64,000 bases of DNA. Origin: Lingula anatina. Its lineage: Eukaryota; Animalia; Brachiopoda. Under the pieces are notes generated by a model. It ran no database searches and was not told where the DNA came from. It saw only the letters and a list, made by a program, of their open reading frames with translations. Each line of letters begins with the position of its first letter. Position 1 is the first letter of the stretch. The stretch covers positions 26,044,848 through 26,108,847 of the forward strand of contig CM120643.1 in assembly GCA_051362555.1 (NCBI GenBank), in the 5' to 3' direction. Positions 13,216-28,300 of the stretch are shown here, piece by piece. The position numbers and the translations under genes are program-made.

Positions 13216-16200
13216 AACTTAAAACGAAGGTGCCGGCGCTGTATGACGTCATACGAGACTAGAAAACGTGCGAGATTCTGCGGGAGGTGGCTAACCTCTT
13301 AGCAGTAAGGGTGAAAATATCTGCCCTTGGAGTGTCATCTCAGTAAAAGGATCAAGCAGAATATGGTGAATATATATCTACGTTCTTGGGAGCAAACAAC
13401 CCGAAAAATAGCCGTGGGTGAATTCTGCCAGCTTCTACTCTTTGCCGCGCCGCATACTCTAGTCTGCTATTATTTCTGAAACCACTCTCCTGACCTCCTC
13501 TGTGTTTGTGTTTTCGAAAATTTCACAAAGCTGCTAGTCGTAAACATTTGCATTTTGACTTGCACATGTGCCAAGGTAGACGAGGGCAATTTATCAAACT
13601 GCAGTGTCATAAAGAATAACCCGTATGTGTGTTTTGTCTAACTTGCATACAGCGTAGAAAATTGAGGCGTCCCTTGACAGTTATGCCACTTTAAAAGATA
13701 AAACAATCATTACGATTCTCATCTAAGCAATATCTATTTAGAAAAATGGAATCGCGTTACCCGTGATATGCTGCGTTGAAAGTAATTAAAGCACACAAGT
13801 AAGGCAATTGATAAGAATGAGCAAATGTGATTCTTTTTTCGTATAATGATTAAGCAATTCAAATAAATGAAAGATGAAGTATAGAGAGTCGATTAGTCTT
13901 TAACGCTAGCTTGGCCACTGCCTCTACCTTCAACAATTCTGGAAGTATCAAATGAAAGCAATTAAATCACAATATTTTGTTATTAATGGTAGCAGCTGTC
14001 TAATTAGGCCCCCAGGTGTCACGAAATGAACTGACAATTATACACACAATACATAGCACAGATTAGATAGAATGTTCTTTCAGTTTATACGAGTTATTTC
14101 GTAATGGTGTTGACGTTATAAATACAAGTTTCAGCAAATCCAGTCCTGTGTATCAGTACATTATATATTATATGGATTAAGCACTTTTTTCTGTGCACCT
14201 GCATTGGACACAAAACTTCAGAACTTTTCCTTGGGGAGGGGGGGGGAGTCACAAAAATAAAGTAGCTCCGCCCCGGCCTGATCCGGCCCCGTTCGCCAAT
14301 TATTAAATGCAAGACAAGGTTAATTTATCTGTAAGCTTTGGGGTGCAGGGATTAAAAATTTGCTTGGTTTGAGTTGGTTTCAAGATGGTTTGAATTGTTA
14401 TACTGTTTTTGAAGAAGAGGAAAGGGTGGCACATGGCCCACTGGGACCCAGAATTGCCGTGGAACTTTGTCAATTCGAAGACTCAGCGAGCAGAACCTTG
14501 AGGATGCGTTCAATTGAGCGCGATAGCGATCGGGCTGAGATTATCCCTTTAAGCCCTTTCTTAAAAATGGCTCGGTGGCGAAACCTGGACGATGCAGACG
14601 ATGACCCAGCACCATTATCTGTTCCCTGATAACGGTATAGCCTTTCAGGACAGCGCGGACTCCCTGATAATTATAGTTCTATCTAATGACCAGGGGAAAC
14701 TTTATTGAATAATGCACTTTGTAATCTCTTAGCTTCGTAAATGTTGGTGCCTATTCACATACAGTGGCTCTGCAGTTTGAATATGTTGCAAGATCACAAG
14801 CTGCTATCAGATGTATGGATATCCTAATATTGAAATACTTCTTTTGATTTATTTTCAAAAGGATTAGGCATTTTGCAGTTTGTGGACCAACAAAATTGAC
14901 CCTTCCTCTCAAGGGTATTCTGTGGAACATAAGGCGTTACTTTTGGCATTTGGCAAAACTACTGTAGGTATATCAGAACCGTATTTCCTCTTTTTTTAGC
15001 AAGGCCCTAAAGTCACCATTTTGGTTTTGCAACTGGGGGGGGGGGGGGGGGGGGGGTTGGTATCAATATCACATCTAATCAAATTCAACATATTTTTACA
15101 TTTGAAGACCTGTATAGTTGTAGAAGATGTAAGCAGAAATGACCAGTGATCAAAGAGCATTTTACAGATAATCTTTCCTGTTAGACATCCCCCGATTGGC
15201 ACGCTATGAGAACCTCGCCAAAAGGAATACAGCGTTGCGCCAAGTTTGCGGAAACTTAAACCTGGAATAGAGGGCAAATCGGTTTTCTGCAAGGAAATTA
15301 CGCTGCCTCGTGGTTTGAAAGCTGTCTTCTTGTAATTACTTCTTTGATAAAAGTCCCTGGTTTCAAACTAGCCGGAAACCAATCCACAAGAAGTGATGTA
15401 TTGTTGCTGCATCTTGCATCACTCAGCTGTTTTTTAGCCATTAACACTTACTACATTTCATCAAAGGTGATTGCGTGATCATGCTATGCACCACGCACGA
15501 GAGAATATCCCTTTAACATTTAGCTTTTTGTGATATTTATTCGCTTTACGATGAATTTCAAACTACCTTGTTTCGGTCAACATTTAGCCTTGTGTGAACG
15601 TTTCCAATTAAGCTTTTGGTGCTCCAATCCACTAACATATCGCTTTTCAATGCGGAACTTTCAAAGCACTGAGGCTTAGGGCAAAACTACACCTTGCTGA
15701 CTGTAATCAGCCTTGTGATCTAAGAAAATTTCTCAGCCTAATAATTTTGTTGAAAGCTTGCGTCTCGTATGAAAATTTCGCTTTAATCTGCATTTCAATC
15801 ATTGTGCCCAACTATCAGCCAGGCACAACATACAATGTGCATGCGCGAATGAAAAATTCGCCAGAAGGCATAAAGAATATAGGAATATTATCGGGATATA
15901 TGTGAATCGTTTATATACATCAGTATCGTACACTTTTGAACTGTAATATTTTCGTTATGATTCTGATCGTGGTGGTATCTCACAACGCCTATAGCGACCC
16001 GCCAAGTTTTGTCACAGACGATTTTGGAGCTCTGGTACAATGTACAGCAACCTACTTGGCAATCTCCCAGACCCTTAAAGTTATCTCTGCTGTATGTGAA
16101 ATCGAAAATACATTTTTCATCTGGTTTATTGATATCTTTACTTGCTGCCTACCTTTGAGAGGAAATGATGTAAAACGGAAACGCAGCAACCAGTTGCTTT

Positions 16201-18187
16201 AGTCTGGCAGACGATGCCAAGGACAAGCAATGAGTTCGTTAGAGCCACACAGGTCAAAATTTTTCACAAATAGTCCGAAGTTTTAGACCTTATTTGAGAC
16301 TTCTGTTATCAGAATGCCGACTTTGTAAAGTTGACTTTACGACATCAGTAGATATTTTATATAAGCCGCATAAACGAAAGATCGACCCACATGTTAAGAC
16401 TAAGTAACTACTTTAATTAAGCGTACATTAGGCCCAGCGCACGCAACGTGACGCAGGCTGAGTTGCTGATTCGAGTTTTGTGCCATTAGTATTTTGTGAT
16501 TCAACACCCATTGCAAGAGCATACTGAAGGGTTATCAATGGCGGGAACACCGGTCTCGCGGGATTGAAATTAGAGCCAGAAGTAGACAATTGCAATGTGC
16601 GTGATCGAGACTAAAGCAATGGTCGCTTCTTGGCGGATAAAGCATTTTCTAAAATGGGTGGGGTGAAGGATGAAAAAGATAACACGGGATGCAAGAATAG
16701 TTTTACTGTAATATATGACGCACAGTGCTTCACATGATATACACTTTTGGGAGAGGTAATACTTATAGCAGTTAATGGAGCTTCATGGAGGGTTCTGGGG
16801 CGTGTGGTCCACTCTGTTCCTTAGACCCGCCACTGCAATTTAATTACCTTGATTAAAAGCGGTAAAGTTCATGGAGGGTACTTAAGCAGACGATTACTTC
16901 AGTCGCTGGTGCTGAGTACCACACCGGTTACTCATGTTCACAGTTGGCAGCACGTGCTCATATATCTCTGGCAACTTGGCAGAGACGCTTCCAATGCATG
17001 CATGACACAAGCGTAGCGAACACTACGGTAATCACACAAGAATAAATAATTAGTTTTCGTCCACGAGGAATCCTGTGGGGAGTTCTTCAGTTGATTCGCT
17101 AATAACGGTCTCTGTCTTAGATGGCAGATAAATCATTTTGTTCATCCAGACCCGGGTAATTACTGGGATAAAAAGTGATTTTGATAATCATTTTATACAA
17201 ATATCCGCTGGTGGATTGTCATAGAAGAATTGATGACTTATTTTATAAGTAGATGATTTCGTATTTTGACGTGGAACACTGTGCCCAAGGTCATGCATCA
17301 GATTATAATTTTGCACCATGTAAATTATGCCAGTTAAACGTAACATGTATTGAAACACATGCAACCACTACTTCCAAAAAGTATCCACACAAGTTCCCTT
17401 TGATTTGTGTCCAGTAATGTTTCCCCCTAAGCAAAGGACATCACATTTGTGCTACATGTATGTATTCAAAAGTTAAAATAATAGAAAAACTAAAGCATGG
17501 CTAAGTGCACATCTCCGATAGAGGGCACAATTACTCAAGCCTACCCACTCCATGAGAGTGTTGTGTGAGCTAACAATGACGTATTGGAATACATATCTTT
17601 AGTTTAGCTGTTGCTGGAAGGTACTATGGTAAAATGAAATTGACAAATTTATTATCGTGATTGTACAAAATAAACATATACATGTACAATTTAAATAAAA
17701 ATATAACTTTATAAATAACGACCCAGCCCTTTGGACTTACCAGGTCACCAATTTTGTATATAGTTATACAACAGTTCATTTATGACCTGGAAGTGGTTGA
17801 AGAGAAACACCCCTTTACCTCTGGGAAAGTATGTGACGATCAGACGAGTTTACTCTTCAACGGCCGCCAAGTCAAAACACAATTGTTCATTTTTACCATT
17901 TCAGTCCATTTTTCTGAGATCCTCAAAAGCTGACCAATTATATAATTATGAAACTCCTGTTTCACTTCCTGACTATTACAAGAGAAGTCTATTTCTAATA
18001 TTTCTTATCAGCTTTTTATCTTGCTTTCGATAAGATATGACAAAAATAACAGTTTTGGCAATCCGTTTATCCCCCATTTTTTTCTTACCCAATGTGGACG
18101 ATTTTAGAAACCTTTAAAGAAAATCGACTGTTATCATCAAACATCTAAAAAGTTAGTACTCCATATTCCATCATATTCCTTTGAATA

Positions 18188-19656
18188 TTGTGTTATTTCT
18201 CGGCTTTAAACACCAGGAAAGCTCCAGGCCCTGACGGTATAACATCACGGCTTTTAAAGGAATGCGCAGCCCAGCTTTCAGATGTGTTCGCGGAAATATT
18301 CAACTGGTCAATTGAAATGTGCAGAGTGCCTGAAATATGGAAGACAGCAACCATCATACCTGTGCCAAAAAGTAAAACTGTAGAGAATTTAAATGATCTC
18401 CGTCCTGTTGCTTTGACACCGGTGCCTATGAAGATATTCGAAAAACTTGTTCTGTCTTTTATTAAAACTTTAGTGCCAAATAGCTTTGATCCACTCCAAT
18501 TTGCCTACCGCAGTAACAGAAGTGTAGACGATGCTCTTTCTATGTGTTTACACAAAGTTCTCGAACATCTCGATTGTAAAAATGCCTATGTTAGAATTTT
18601 ATTTGTTGACTATAGCTCAGCATTTAATACTATTGTACCAAGCAAATTGTATTTTAAACTTTTGGATGATCTTAATTTTCCACCAGCACTCTGCGATTGG
18701 ATTTTAGATTTTCTTTTAAACAGAAAACAGTCAGTAAAAGTCGGTTTTAACTTCTCGGACACTATAGTTTTAAACACTGGCACACCCCAGGGCTGCGTCT
18801 TATCACCTTGTTTATATACGTTATTCACCCACGACTGTGTGGCGAGGGAGGAAAATACATTTTTAATGAAGTTTGCCGATGACACAACTTTAGTCGGCTT
18901 GATACACCATAATGATGAGATGTCATACAGGCAGTCGGTTACAAGTTTAGTAAATTGGTGCACAGACAATGACTTGATATTAAATGTGAGCAAAACAAAA
19001 GAAATGATCATAGACTTCAGAAGAAATCAGATAAGTAAAAATCCCTTGGAAGTTAACGGTAAAGCGGTCGAACAGGTTTCTAATTATAAATTACTAGGGG
19101 TTCAGCTGAATAATAGGTTAACCTGGGGCGATAACATCACGAAGCTATTGAAAAAGGCACGTCAACGAATGTATTTCTTAAGGAAATTGAAAGCTTTTAC
19201 CAGAAATGTGTTTATTTTAACGAACTTTTACAGGTGTGTTTTAGAGAGTATTTTAACTTATTCAGTAACTGTTTGGTATGGACGTGCAACTGTGGAGGAG
19301 AGGAACAAGTTGGAAAAGATCGTCGAAACTGCAGGGATTGTAATTGGAACAGATCTAACTCCCGTCCATACTATATATCTAGACAGGACTAAAAAGAAAA
19401 CATTATCAATAATCACAGACAGTTGCCATCCAGCCCATACCCTTTTTAAATTTTTACCTAGCAATTCGAGACTCTTAGCTTTTAAGGGTAGTAAGCGATT
19501 TTTAAATAGCTTTTATCCTTCGGCAGTAACTATTTTTAACTCTAACATGTAATTTTAATTTTCATTTTTTATATTTCAATGGCGCTACTACAGGGCAAAA
19601 GATTCCCGATTTTATACATTTGTATTTTATTGGCTTAATAAATTATTATTATTATT
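18188..19656 (+). mobile_element. 5'-truncated non-LTR retrotransposon, Rex1/Babar-like (RT domain plus C-terminal region and 3' tail)
   Basis: Uninterrupted 454-aa ORF 18188..19552 with KAPGPDG, DLRPVALT, DPLQFAYR, LFVDYSSAFNTI, GTPQGCVLSP, KFADDTT, LNVSKTKEMIIDFRR and the C-terminal HPAHTLF..LPS..RFLNSFYPSAV typical of Rex1-group LINEs. No endonuclease domain. AATAAA at 19637 is followed by an (ATT)n tail to 19656. Confidence 0.88.
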
Positions 19657-22600
19657 GACATTCAATTAGCAAGGAAATGCAAATGGGAGAACGATGACAA
19701 ATGACATTAATTTTGAATAATTCCATCAACCGGAATAAAAATTGGATGAAGAAAGCAAAACTGAAATCCCCTATCACAAAATATGTACGCTGTTATATAA
19801 ATATTTTAAGGAAGTGCAACATTATGGCATAAACTGCATACTATTTTAAGTTGAATTCATTAAATAAAATGCCAGTGGCTCTCAATAGAAATCCATAAGT
19901 TAAATAATTGTCATTAAGCGTTTGCAGGCCCTTGGAATGTGGTCTTGCGTCTGCATGTACCGATCTCTATATATCCAAACTATTATCGCACACAATTGGC
20001 AATATCTCAATGTAAGAAAAGGTCACGCAGAAGCATTTTTGAACAAGACACGTCTAAATTCATGAAAAGGGCGATTGGTAATCTCTGGATTGTGATCCAG
20101 CGGATCTCCATAACTGTCACTAGAATCCTCAGAGGAGAGATGTTTTAACTGTGCTATGAATGTCAGGTTAAGTTCGTAAAGGCATTACCTTGACGCGGGT
20201 CAAAATGGGGGGGAGGGGGGGGGGGGTCAACTAAGAGATAGGGCGATTTAAAAAGTATGTCAAGTATCGACCCAGAAAACTGATTAATCACACTTTCTAG
20301 GTGATCACCGGTGAGGCTACAATAAGTTTAATTTCCCTTCTGAATCTTTTTTTTTTTTTTTTTTTGCAATGGTAGTCACCTTCTTGATATCAATTCCACT
20401 GCCGAAGTAGCCTCAACTACTGTATATTGAAGTGTATGGAGACATTCCTAAAGAAATTTAGAACTAATTTTTAAAACCGCCTCAAACATCTGCGATACCT
20501 CCCCCGTTGCCAAATATTCACAGGCCGGTGAATTATTAATAGGTGCCCGTTTACTATATTTTAGCACAACGTTAAGCCCTTCAACTGCACGGTTTTACTC
20601 CGCAGTTATTTCATTATGTATTGGTAATGTTTTTTGCTTAAATGTTTTCCCCGGACCCTTGCTCTTTAATAGGCGTCATAAAAGAGATATCGACAGATTT
20701 ATCAGGCCACCGAACAGAAACTGCCAGGCAACCTTTGGAGAAAGTTGAAATACAAAATTAAGATTGAAGGCTGTACAAAAGTGAAAATATGCAAATGTGT
20801 TTGCACGCTCAGATAACAGTTAGGTAGTGTTTTGGATGCCAATGTGGTTCACACATTTTAAGTTTCACCTGGATTTTACGATTTAAAGTATGTTAGCAGA
20901 CAGATAAAAAGATGGGGTTGAGCAGCTGAAAACACCATGAATTGCCAAAGAAAATTCGTATCAGCTGATAAGTATTGAAGAAGGCACTCTGACAGTTTTA
21001 TGTGCAGTTTCAAGAAGCTCCATACATGTCTCACACCTAAAGGACTTTTATAGCCATTATAACAATTGCGAACATGTATATATATTTCCACAGTTCTCTT
21101 TCTAATCACACAACCAACAGACGTATACGACGCGTGGGTTTCCTTTCACCAATTATCAAGAAATTGCTTTGTTTATACCTTTCAAGTGAAGATAAAACAT
21201 CAATTTCTGTCCCTAATGCTTTATTAAGCAAGGGTTCATACGTTTTTCATCTGGGATTTCGGCACTTCACACCTTCTTGAAAGCTCATCACATTAATCAA
21301 GAGAGAGGCGTGGAATGCAATAAATATCTGGTTATGTATCTTATGGACGTTATGGCGTTCATTTAATCACCCTCTCAGAGGAAAACGTGCGACTTATGAT
21401 CTATGATGTTTTATCTTATGCCAAAAAATCACAATGTGCTTCATGATCTGTTAAATTTCGTTTTGTAATGTACAATGTACGCGAACAATGTACGCAGATC
21501 ATCTCAATATATTTTTTGTTTACAAGGGAGTAGATGATGTAAGATTCGTGTTCATTGTTCATTACGTAACACCTGTTTAAGATCTATTCAGTTTTATGCG
21601 TGTTTTACCGAGTACCGTTTTCTCTGCGCTTTAAACGGAACCACAATTTGTATACCAATTGCAACAATACTGTCATTAAAAATTTGCCATCTGCTTCATA
21701 AGATTTTCTTATCTAAACTGGTGCCAAAGGTAAAACAATGTTTAATATATCTATCTTTATTGTCATGATCCGCATATGCCAATTATGTTAAAATGTGCTA
21801 AAACAAACTGCAACTGATGACATCCTGTCTTCTTGCATACATCGTTAAGTTATGATTTATCCATTACGGACGTTAGGCCTATAACATAAACGTTTTGAGT
21901 TTGGATTGTCTTTGTAGGAAAACACTTTCTTTATAATTTGTTTATTTTATTCATTTAGTGTGTGTGTGTGTGTGTGTGTGACACAGTTCTTTTCCCTTTC
22001 AATAAATTATCCGATGGAAAATATGTGAATTTCTTTCACTTTCTGTCATATCTGTTAGACTGACATGGGGATCATACTTGCCATCCCGCACCGAATAATT
22101 TTATTACGCACCGTGGTCATAAAAACGAAATGAGTGCGGAGCTTTGGGGGTACCAGTACTGCAACAGTAAACTACATCGATATAAAAAAAGAAACTAGGT
22201 TGCTAAAGATACTGACGAAAGTTTCTCAGCTGAATCTGGCCCACTTTGGGATTTGGCAATCGAGACCATATAATTGTTTCTGTTAACAATTCATTAATTT
22301 GATATGTTTTCTTTCTTTCTTTTTTCCTGGGGGAGGGGTCGATTCCAAATCTCAGTGTTGAAGAGGTAGACCATCTGCTATGCACTTAATCAATTTAACT
22401 TTTTCCAGTACAGAAAAATTACACATTTAAATAACCCAAGACAAACTAAAATAATCAAAAGTCAAGGTGAACATTTTCATTTTAAACGGTTATCAATTCA
22501 CCAAAAGCCACCAACTCAAATTCCAATGCAGGAACAGGAACTTTCTGATTTTCCAAAAATCGACTTTCTGAATGTCTCCTTCGACATGCTATTGTTAAAT

Positions 22601-23344
22601 TTAACTAACTGCAGTTTAGACGAGGCTTAATTCACTTAGTCGTCTAAGAATTAATAGCTTCTGTCGTCCTAATACCCTTACATTTAATAAAAACCGCAGG
22701 ATATTGGCAATTTCCTCTCACTTCTCTTCTCAAATGTCAAATTAAAAGATATGCGGTAACAGAAAACGATCTAGACCGGGCGGACAGATTTTAAGGTCAG
22801 ATAAGTCAAATCCTGTGTTTAAAATTGGATCGGACGGTCACAGTGACCAAATTGCATGTCGAAGAAAAGGGTAATAACAGTGGTTATTACAACAAAAATG
22901 CAGGCGTTCTTTTGTCAATATCTTGAGAAACGATCGAGTGATACGTAACAAGACTAAGCTATTGACGGAATTTTTAGTTTTTCCCTGTCGTTTATATAGA
23001 ATCAACTAGATCAGACAATGAAACAGAAGGGAAAATACGAAAGAAATGTATATCTGTTCTATCATTTACCTCGCAAGTTCATGAGCTGCATTACTTGGAA
23101 AAGCCATTAAGAGCAACGCTTTTTTATATCTTATTCGCTTTAAACCCTGCGCTGGAGATCGTTCACCCACGTCCATACATTATTCAAGAACTGAGGTAGT
23201 TATTTCAGACACCTTAAGAGAGAGCATGCAGTGCCACAATATCGACATTCACACACTTTAAATCTGTGTTACATTTGCCGTGCAATATGCCCGTACTATA
23301 CAGTGCCATATATGTATACCGCCGGTATGTTCGTGTGGCTGTAC

Positions 23345-23380
<36 letters not shown>

Positions 23381-23598
23381 CATTATAAATTGCTGAATTC
23401 ATTCTCGCAGATGTTGGAACAAAAGAGGTTTTCATACAACTTCAAATGGCATCTCTCTCATCTTTCTCGGTACTATTGTTCTGGGGCAATTTAATGCAAT
23501 CTTTCTCTTTCTCAGTCGCTGTAACAGACTGGCTTAAACTCTCTCTCTCTCTCTCTCTTACCCGTCCCCACGATCTCTCTCTCTCTCTCTCTCTCTCT

Positions 23599-23766
23599 GG
23601 CCGCATTTAGAGCAGTGGACTAAGAAGTCTGCAGATCAAATATGGCCGACCCACTTGAATTCCACGGGGGATTTATTCAGTGTCTATTTGCGGATTAGAC
23701 GACAAGCTTTTTAGTTGGTCGCCATATTTGGCCCGTGGACTAGTTAGTCCACTGATTTGAATGCGG

Positions 23767-23768
<2 letters not shown>
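23599..23768. mobile_element. 170-bp palindromic MITE inserted in a (CT)n microsatellite
   Basis: GGCCGCATT..A..CAGTGGACTAA / TTAGTCCACTG..T..AATGCGGCC, with (CT)n on both sides. Confidence 0.75.
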
Positions 23769-23804
<36 letters not shown>

Positions 23805-25225
23805 GAAGTTCTATTTTTCACCTTGATCTTAGTGACATTTCCAGGCCCAGAACGGATCGTTGACATTTGAGACGGTAATCTGCCATAACGCTTTCAAAGG
23901 ATACGTGTAAAATGTATTTCATGTCTCTATTACATATATTGATTTTACTTAAACGTTTTACCGTCTGTCTTTGAGTGTTGAGTTTTTGTCAAATCGCACC
24001 ACCAAATTACGCCTTGGAAGGAACCATGTAAATTACGAATGTAAACGTCCGTTTGTGATCCAAAAGCGACCAATTTACTGCGATAAAATTGAGATATACA
24101 CCTTTTGCGAACAAAAATTAAATGGCCAAGAACAGTATTAGGATCAAAAGCCATTTCAACGCAGGCGACCAAATAAACGTTAAATGGGAAAAATGATGGA
24201 TAAAACAGAGGGATGTGTGCTTTATTTCCTATTAGAAAAAAAGGGCAATTCGCAAGAAACCTGCAACAATTCACCATCAGCTGTCGCATGTGGACTGTCA
24301 TTTCTCCACTGAAACCGACCGACCCACACACAACCCATCATTTCCATTACGTTCTAAAACTGAAAGAAAAGTAACATCGTGGCCTTATCAGTTTATGCAA
24401 AAAAGTACGAAGAGGTTACAAATTGCTCAATTGCATGTCTTTAAAGTTGTAGTTATTTTCCTAATACATTTCCATTTGCTCTTTCTGAAGAAGTTCTTGA
24501 ATTCATCTTGAGTAAGCTGGCTCGGTTGAGAGACTCATTCCAGTACATTAAAACGTCTCAAAACATGAAGAGTCCCATCATTTTACCTTTGAATGTATTA
24601 TTAGAATAATTCAAAATGGCTTTTGCATACTTTGCCCATGCACGGTAAGCTCATTCTATCTGCGTATGGCTTAAAAGACTCAATTTCCAAATCCTTTTTT
24701 TTGTTTAAAGTGGTGTTATAATTTCGTTGAAATGCACAAAAATCGATCTGGTCTTCGCTGGCGATGCAATTTCCATCCATTTAGTAAAATGCACCATCTC
24801 TACAAGAAATCACTGTCATATATGTGATCAAAATGATCAGCCGCCTGTCAATTACAGAACGTAAAATCATGTTTTTGTGTTTTTTCTCTCTCCAGTTTTG
24901 GCAGTAATTCTAAATTAGATCTTTATTGGTCTTCCGTAGTGGACATGTCAAACATTTGCTAACGTTCGTCTCCAATTTGCATAATTCGCTTCTTTTCCCT
25001 TGAGAGTCACATGTCTGTCACCAAAGTGTGTACGGCATCACTTGTTCTATAAAATTGTACAAAAACATATACCATAGGGAGTGTAATGGGTCCCCCCCCC
25101 CGCTCAACCTTTCTAAAAACAAAATGGTAAATCCAACTTCAATTCCCTATCAGAAGGGAAAAGACCGATACGGTTTACACTTATAGGAATTATAGGAATA
25201 CACAGGTAAAGGGCATTTTTTTCAA

Positions 25226-25332
25226 CCCAGCACACACAGAACGTTTTATAACGCTACCGTAACGTTACCATATCGTTCTTTGGTTATAATAACGTTATGT
25301 TAACGTTATAATAGCGTTCATTGTTTGCTGGG
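25226..25332. mobile_element. Short MITE with CCCAGCA termini and 2-bp AA flanks (EnSpm/CMC-like)
   Basis: aa|CCCAGCACACA...TGTTTGCTGGG|aa, with internal aacgtt repeats. Confidence 0.6.
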
Positions 25333-28300
25333 AATAGCCGGTGTATATGCATATGAGTACCTCCATTACACTACACCACTTTTTTCTTCCTATAGACACG
25401 ACCCTCTAGCAGATATTACGATCAGCCAGCTAGCACAGTCGGTGCAGCAGACGTAAAAAAACGTGCTGTACATGACCGGAAGGTCGTGATAAATGACAAT
25501 GAAAGGTGTCGTTTTTCAGAGCTGCCAGAAGAACTCATCAGTCGCTGACCCAGGACTATATTCATTCCTGGCACACAGCCGCCCGTCATGCAAACTCGTG
25601 TCAGAAACATTTATTGCGTTCAGTTCAGCGATGGATTATTACACTGATTCATCAGTTACTGTCTATAGACGCGTTCAAGTTTAACGAATGTGCGACCTCT
25701 GCCTTAAATTGCATTGTAACTGTATAAAAAAAACCTTTGCTGACATAAATACCAACGTCTAGCCGACGTCTAGGTCTGGGAAACGCCTCACTGGCACTTG
25801 GCTTTCAATATCGCTTCCAGGATTTTGCCGTTTGCCGGGAGCAGGGGGGGGGGGGCACATGGGTAAAAATACTATTTCTTAAAAGAAGACGAGAGCAACT
25901 GTATACTAGCCAAAGGGGAAAGCTTGCTTGCTTGAAAAGACTACTGTCTCTTCCACCTAAAAAAATTGGATGCTTTAATGATACATTTGTTAATTATTGT
26001 CGAGGACTATAAAAGGTGACCGTTAGCATTCTTAGTATCCTTTTAGATGTGTTCTTTTGTGTTATTATTTTGACACATATAACAATGTCCTTGCGTTTAC
26101 TGGACGCGCTGTTAGCTCCCTTCAGAGAAATGTCGGATTTCCGACTTATTCATACTGTATGTATATATGCTGATGAACACATTCATTAACAGAGAAGCAG
26201 TTAAGCGTAGTGGTTTCTGTCTCAGAACGGGTCATTACCGAGAAAATAGTGGTCATTCCCAGAAGTCGCTTTAAGGAATATTTCATGCTCCGGTTGACGA
26301 TATTTGGGGAAGAAAACAAAAAGAAAATATTAAACTGTACAATACCACACACAAAGCAGGGTAAGCCAGTATAACTATCATTAACACGACAGACTTTTTC
26401 TTGCCGCCAAATTGTTATTGCCTAAAATTTATCCCTTAGAATAAACGCATAAATTTCCAATCTTATAGATAAGCTAAGATAGCTTTGATGTGAACGAAAT
26501 GGTTCAAACGTTTAGAAGAACCGTCTCATTCATTTTGAGAACAAGTGGACTGGTCCCTGTATTACAACTGAAGGTCATGCTTATTAGTCCTGATACTGTT
26601 CTTTCAATACCTATAGATTAAGGACACTGCTTTTACGTTAATTCGGTCACCTACAGGTGACACTTACCCCACCAAATTTCTAAGAAAAAACAATATAATT
26701 CCTGGCCAATTTCAGAAAGCTATTAGATAGGGTTTCGAGTAGCATGTTCTCATTAGTGAGTCCGCGATTCAATTGTTTATAGGGAAAAAACAATGATAGC
26801 ATTTCCAGGAAAAAGATCCACAAGCAATAAAACCAGTATATTGGAGGGTTTTTTTTGTCCAGGGTAGCTACTTTTGACTTGTGACCGTTTATTCCAAAAG
26901 GATTAATCAAAAAAAAAAAAAAAAAAAAAAGAAGACAAAAGCAGTGCACGAGAACTAGCAGAATACTATTGGTAAACAGGATCTCTAGAGAGTGTACCTC
27001 TGCTTAAGAAAAGGGCAATAGTAATTATTTGAGGAACACCAATAGATCCGGGCCTAGATGACATTATGATCCTTTATTTCCTTGTTTTTGTCTTATGAAT
27101 TATAGGAAAATTTGGATCAAAGTACTTTCAGGTTAGCCTTGGGGAAATATTAGGCATTTTTTTATTTCCCGGGACTTGCATTTTTGTTGTTTAAAAACAA
27201 CAACAGCAACAACAAACATTATCTAATGATTAAATTAGAAATAGTCTCGCACCTCTCTTGCACCAAATTGACACATACCTTAAATGTTATGTGACCGTGG
27301 CGATATACGTTTTATTCGGTTTTAGGGGTGTTTTTCTGGTGAAATACAAGTACTTTCTCTAGTTATGTGCTGGCGCTCGAGGTATTCTGGCATATAGGTC
27401 TAGAGTGACAGCCTCTTAGCTCACGCATACGTTGGTCTAAAAAAAACCGCATAGAGAACGGTTGTCGGCCTACTCTCGTCATCGTACGAAGAGAATCGCC
27501 ATCGTTTGGAAAGAGGTGTCCAAGCCATTCCCCTGCCTCTCGACCTCTCACATTTTGTCGGTGGCCTTGTGGTTTAAGGAATTGTTCAAATCCTTTGCAG
27601 AGGCCTTGCGATCAGTGACCAGCGCAAAAATAGTTCAATAAAGTCCCACAATCTTAAATCACTCTTCCGCTTATCTCTTAACTCGTCCGGTGTTAACGGA
27701 ATTTCGGTCGCGATTGCTGGTTAAGTATTGGCGTGTATAAGTCACGGAAGGAAAAACGCGTTAAGATTGGTGGAAATTACCAAAAATTGTTTATCGCCGA
27801 GGTCAAGAAAGTGTGAACTGCACATTTTGCAGTAAGGAGCGCTTGAGTTCTTTTCACATTAGTGATTCTACAATCGTAAACGTGCTGGTGATGGCCGTGC
27901 TTCCTTTTCTCTCCTCAGCACGATTCATTTCCGTCGACCGGTTGCAAATTTCTTATAGAGCATTGATTCGATTGTGTGGAATTCCATAAACAATAGAAAG
28001 CAATCGTCGTTTCTAAATAAGGACGCTGCGAAAAAATAACGCACATTAATTTGATGATTGCTATGAGATAGAATAATGGGATTTCTTGGAAAAAAAGACT
28101 AAGGAAATAATTGGAGAAAGTGAAGGATACTTTATTGTAATGATGTTTTGTTTTTTTGTCCCCCATTTTTTATACCCTGGAACATGAAATTGAATGGTAA
28201 TGTATAGGAGACAGATATATGCCGTCAAATAAATCTCTGGCAATAATCAAGATGTGAAAAAGAAATGATTATAAAAAGCCATATTCAAATTTGATACAGA

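Noticed and set aside
18180-19660. Target-site duplication around the LINE (tattg)
   Set aside because: The match is short, AT-rich and overlaps the ATT tail, so it cannot be distinguished from chance.
27558-27625. tRNA/SINE-like head (A-box-like tggccttgtggt); a similar trace near 1383
   Set aside because: No cloverleaf or properly placed B box; too degraded to call.
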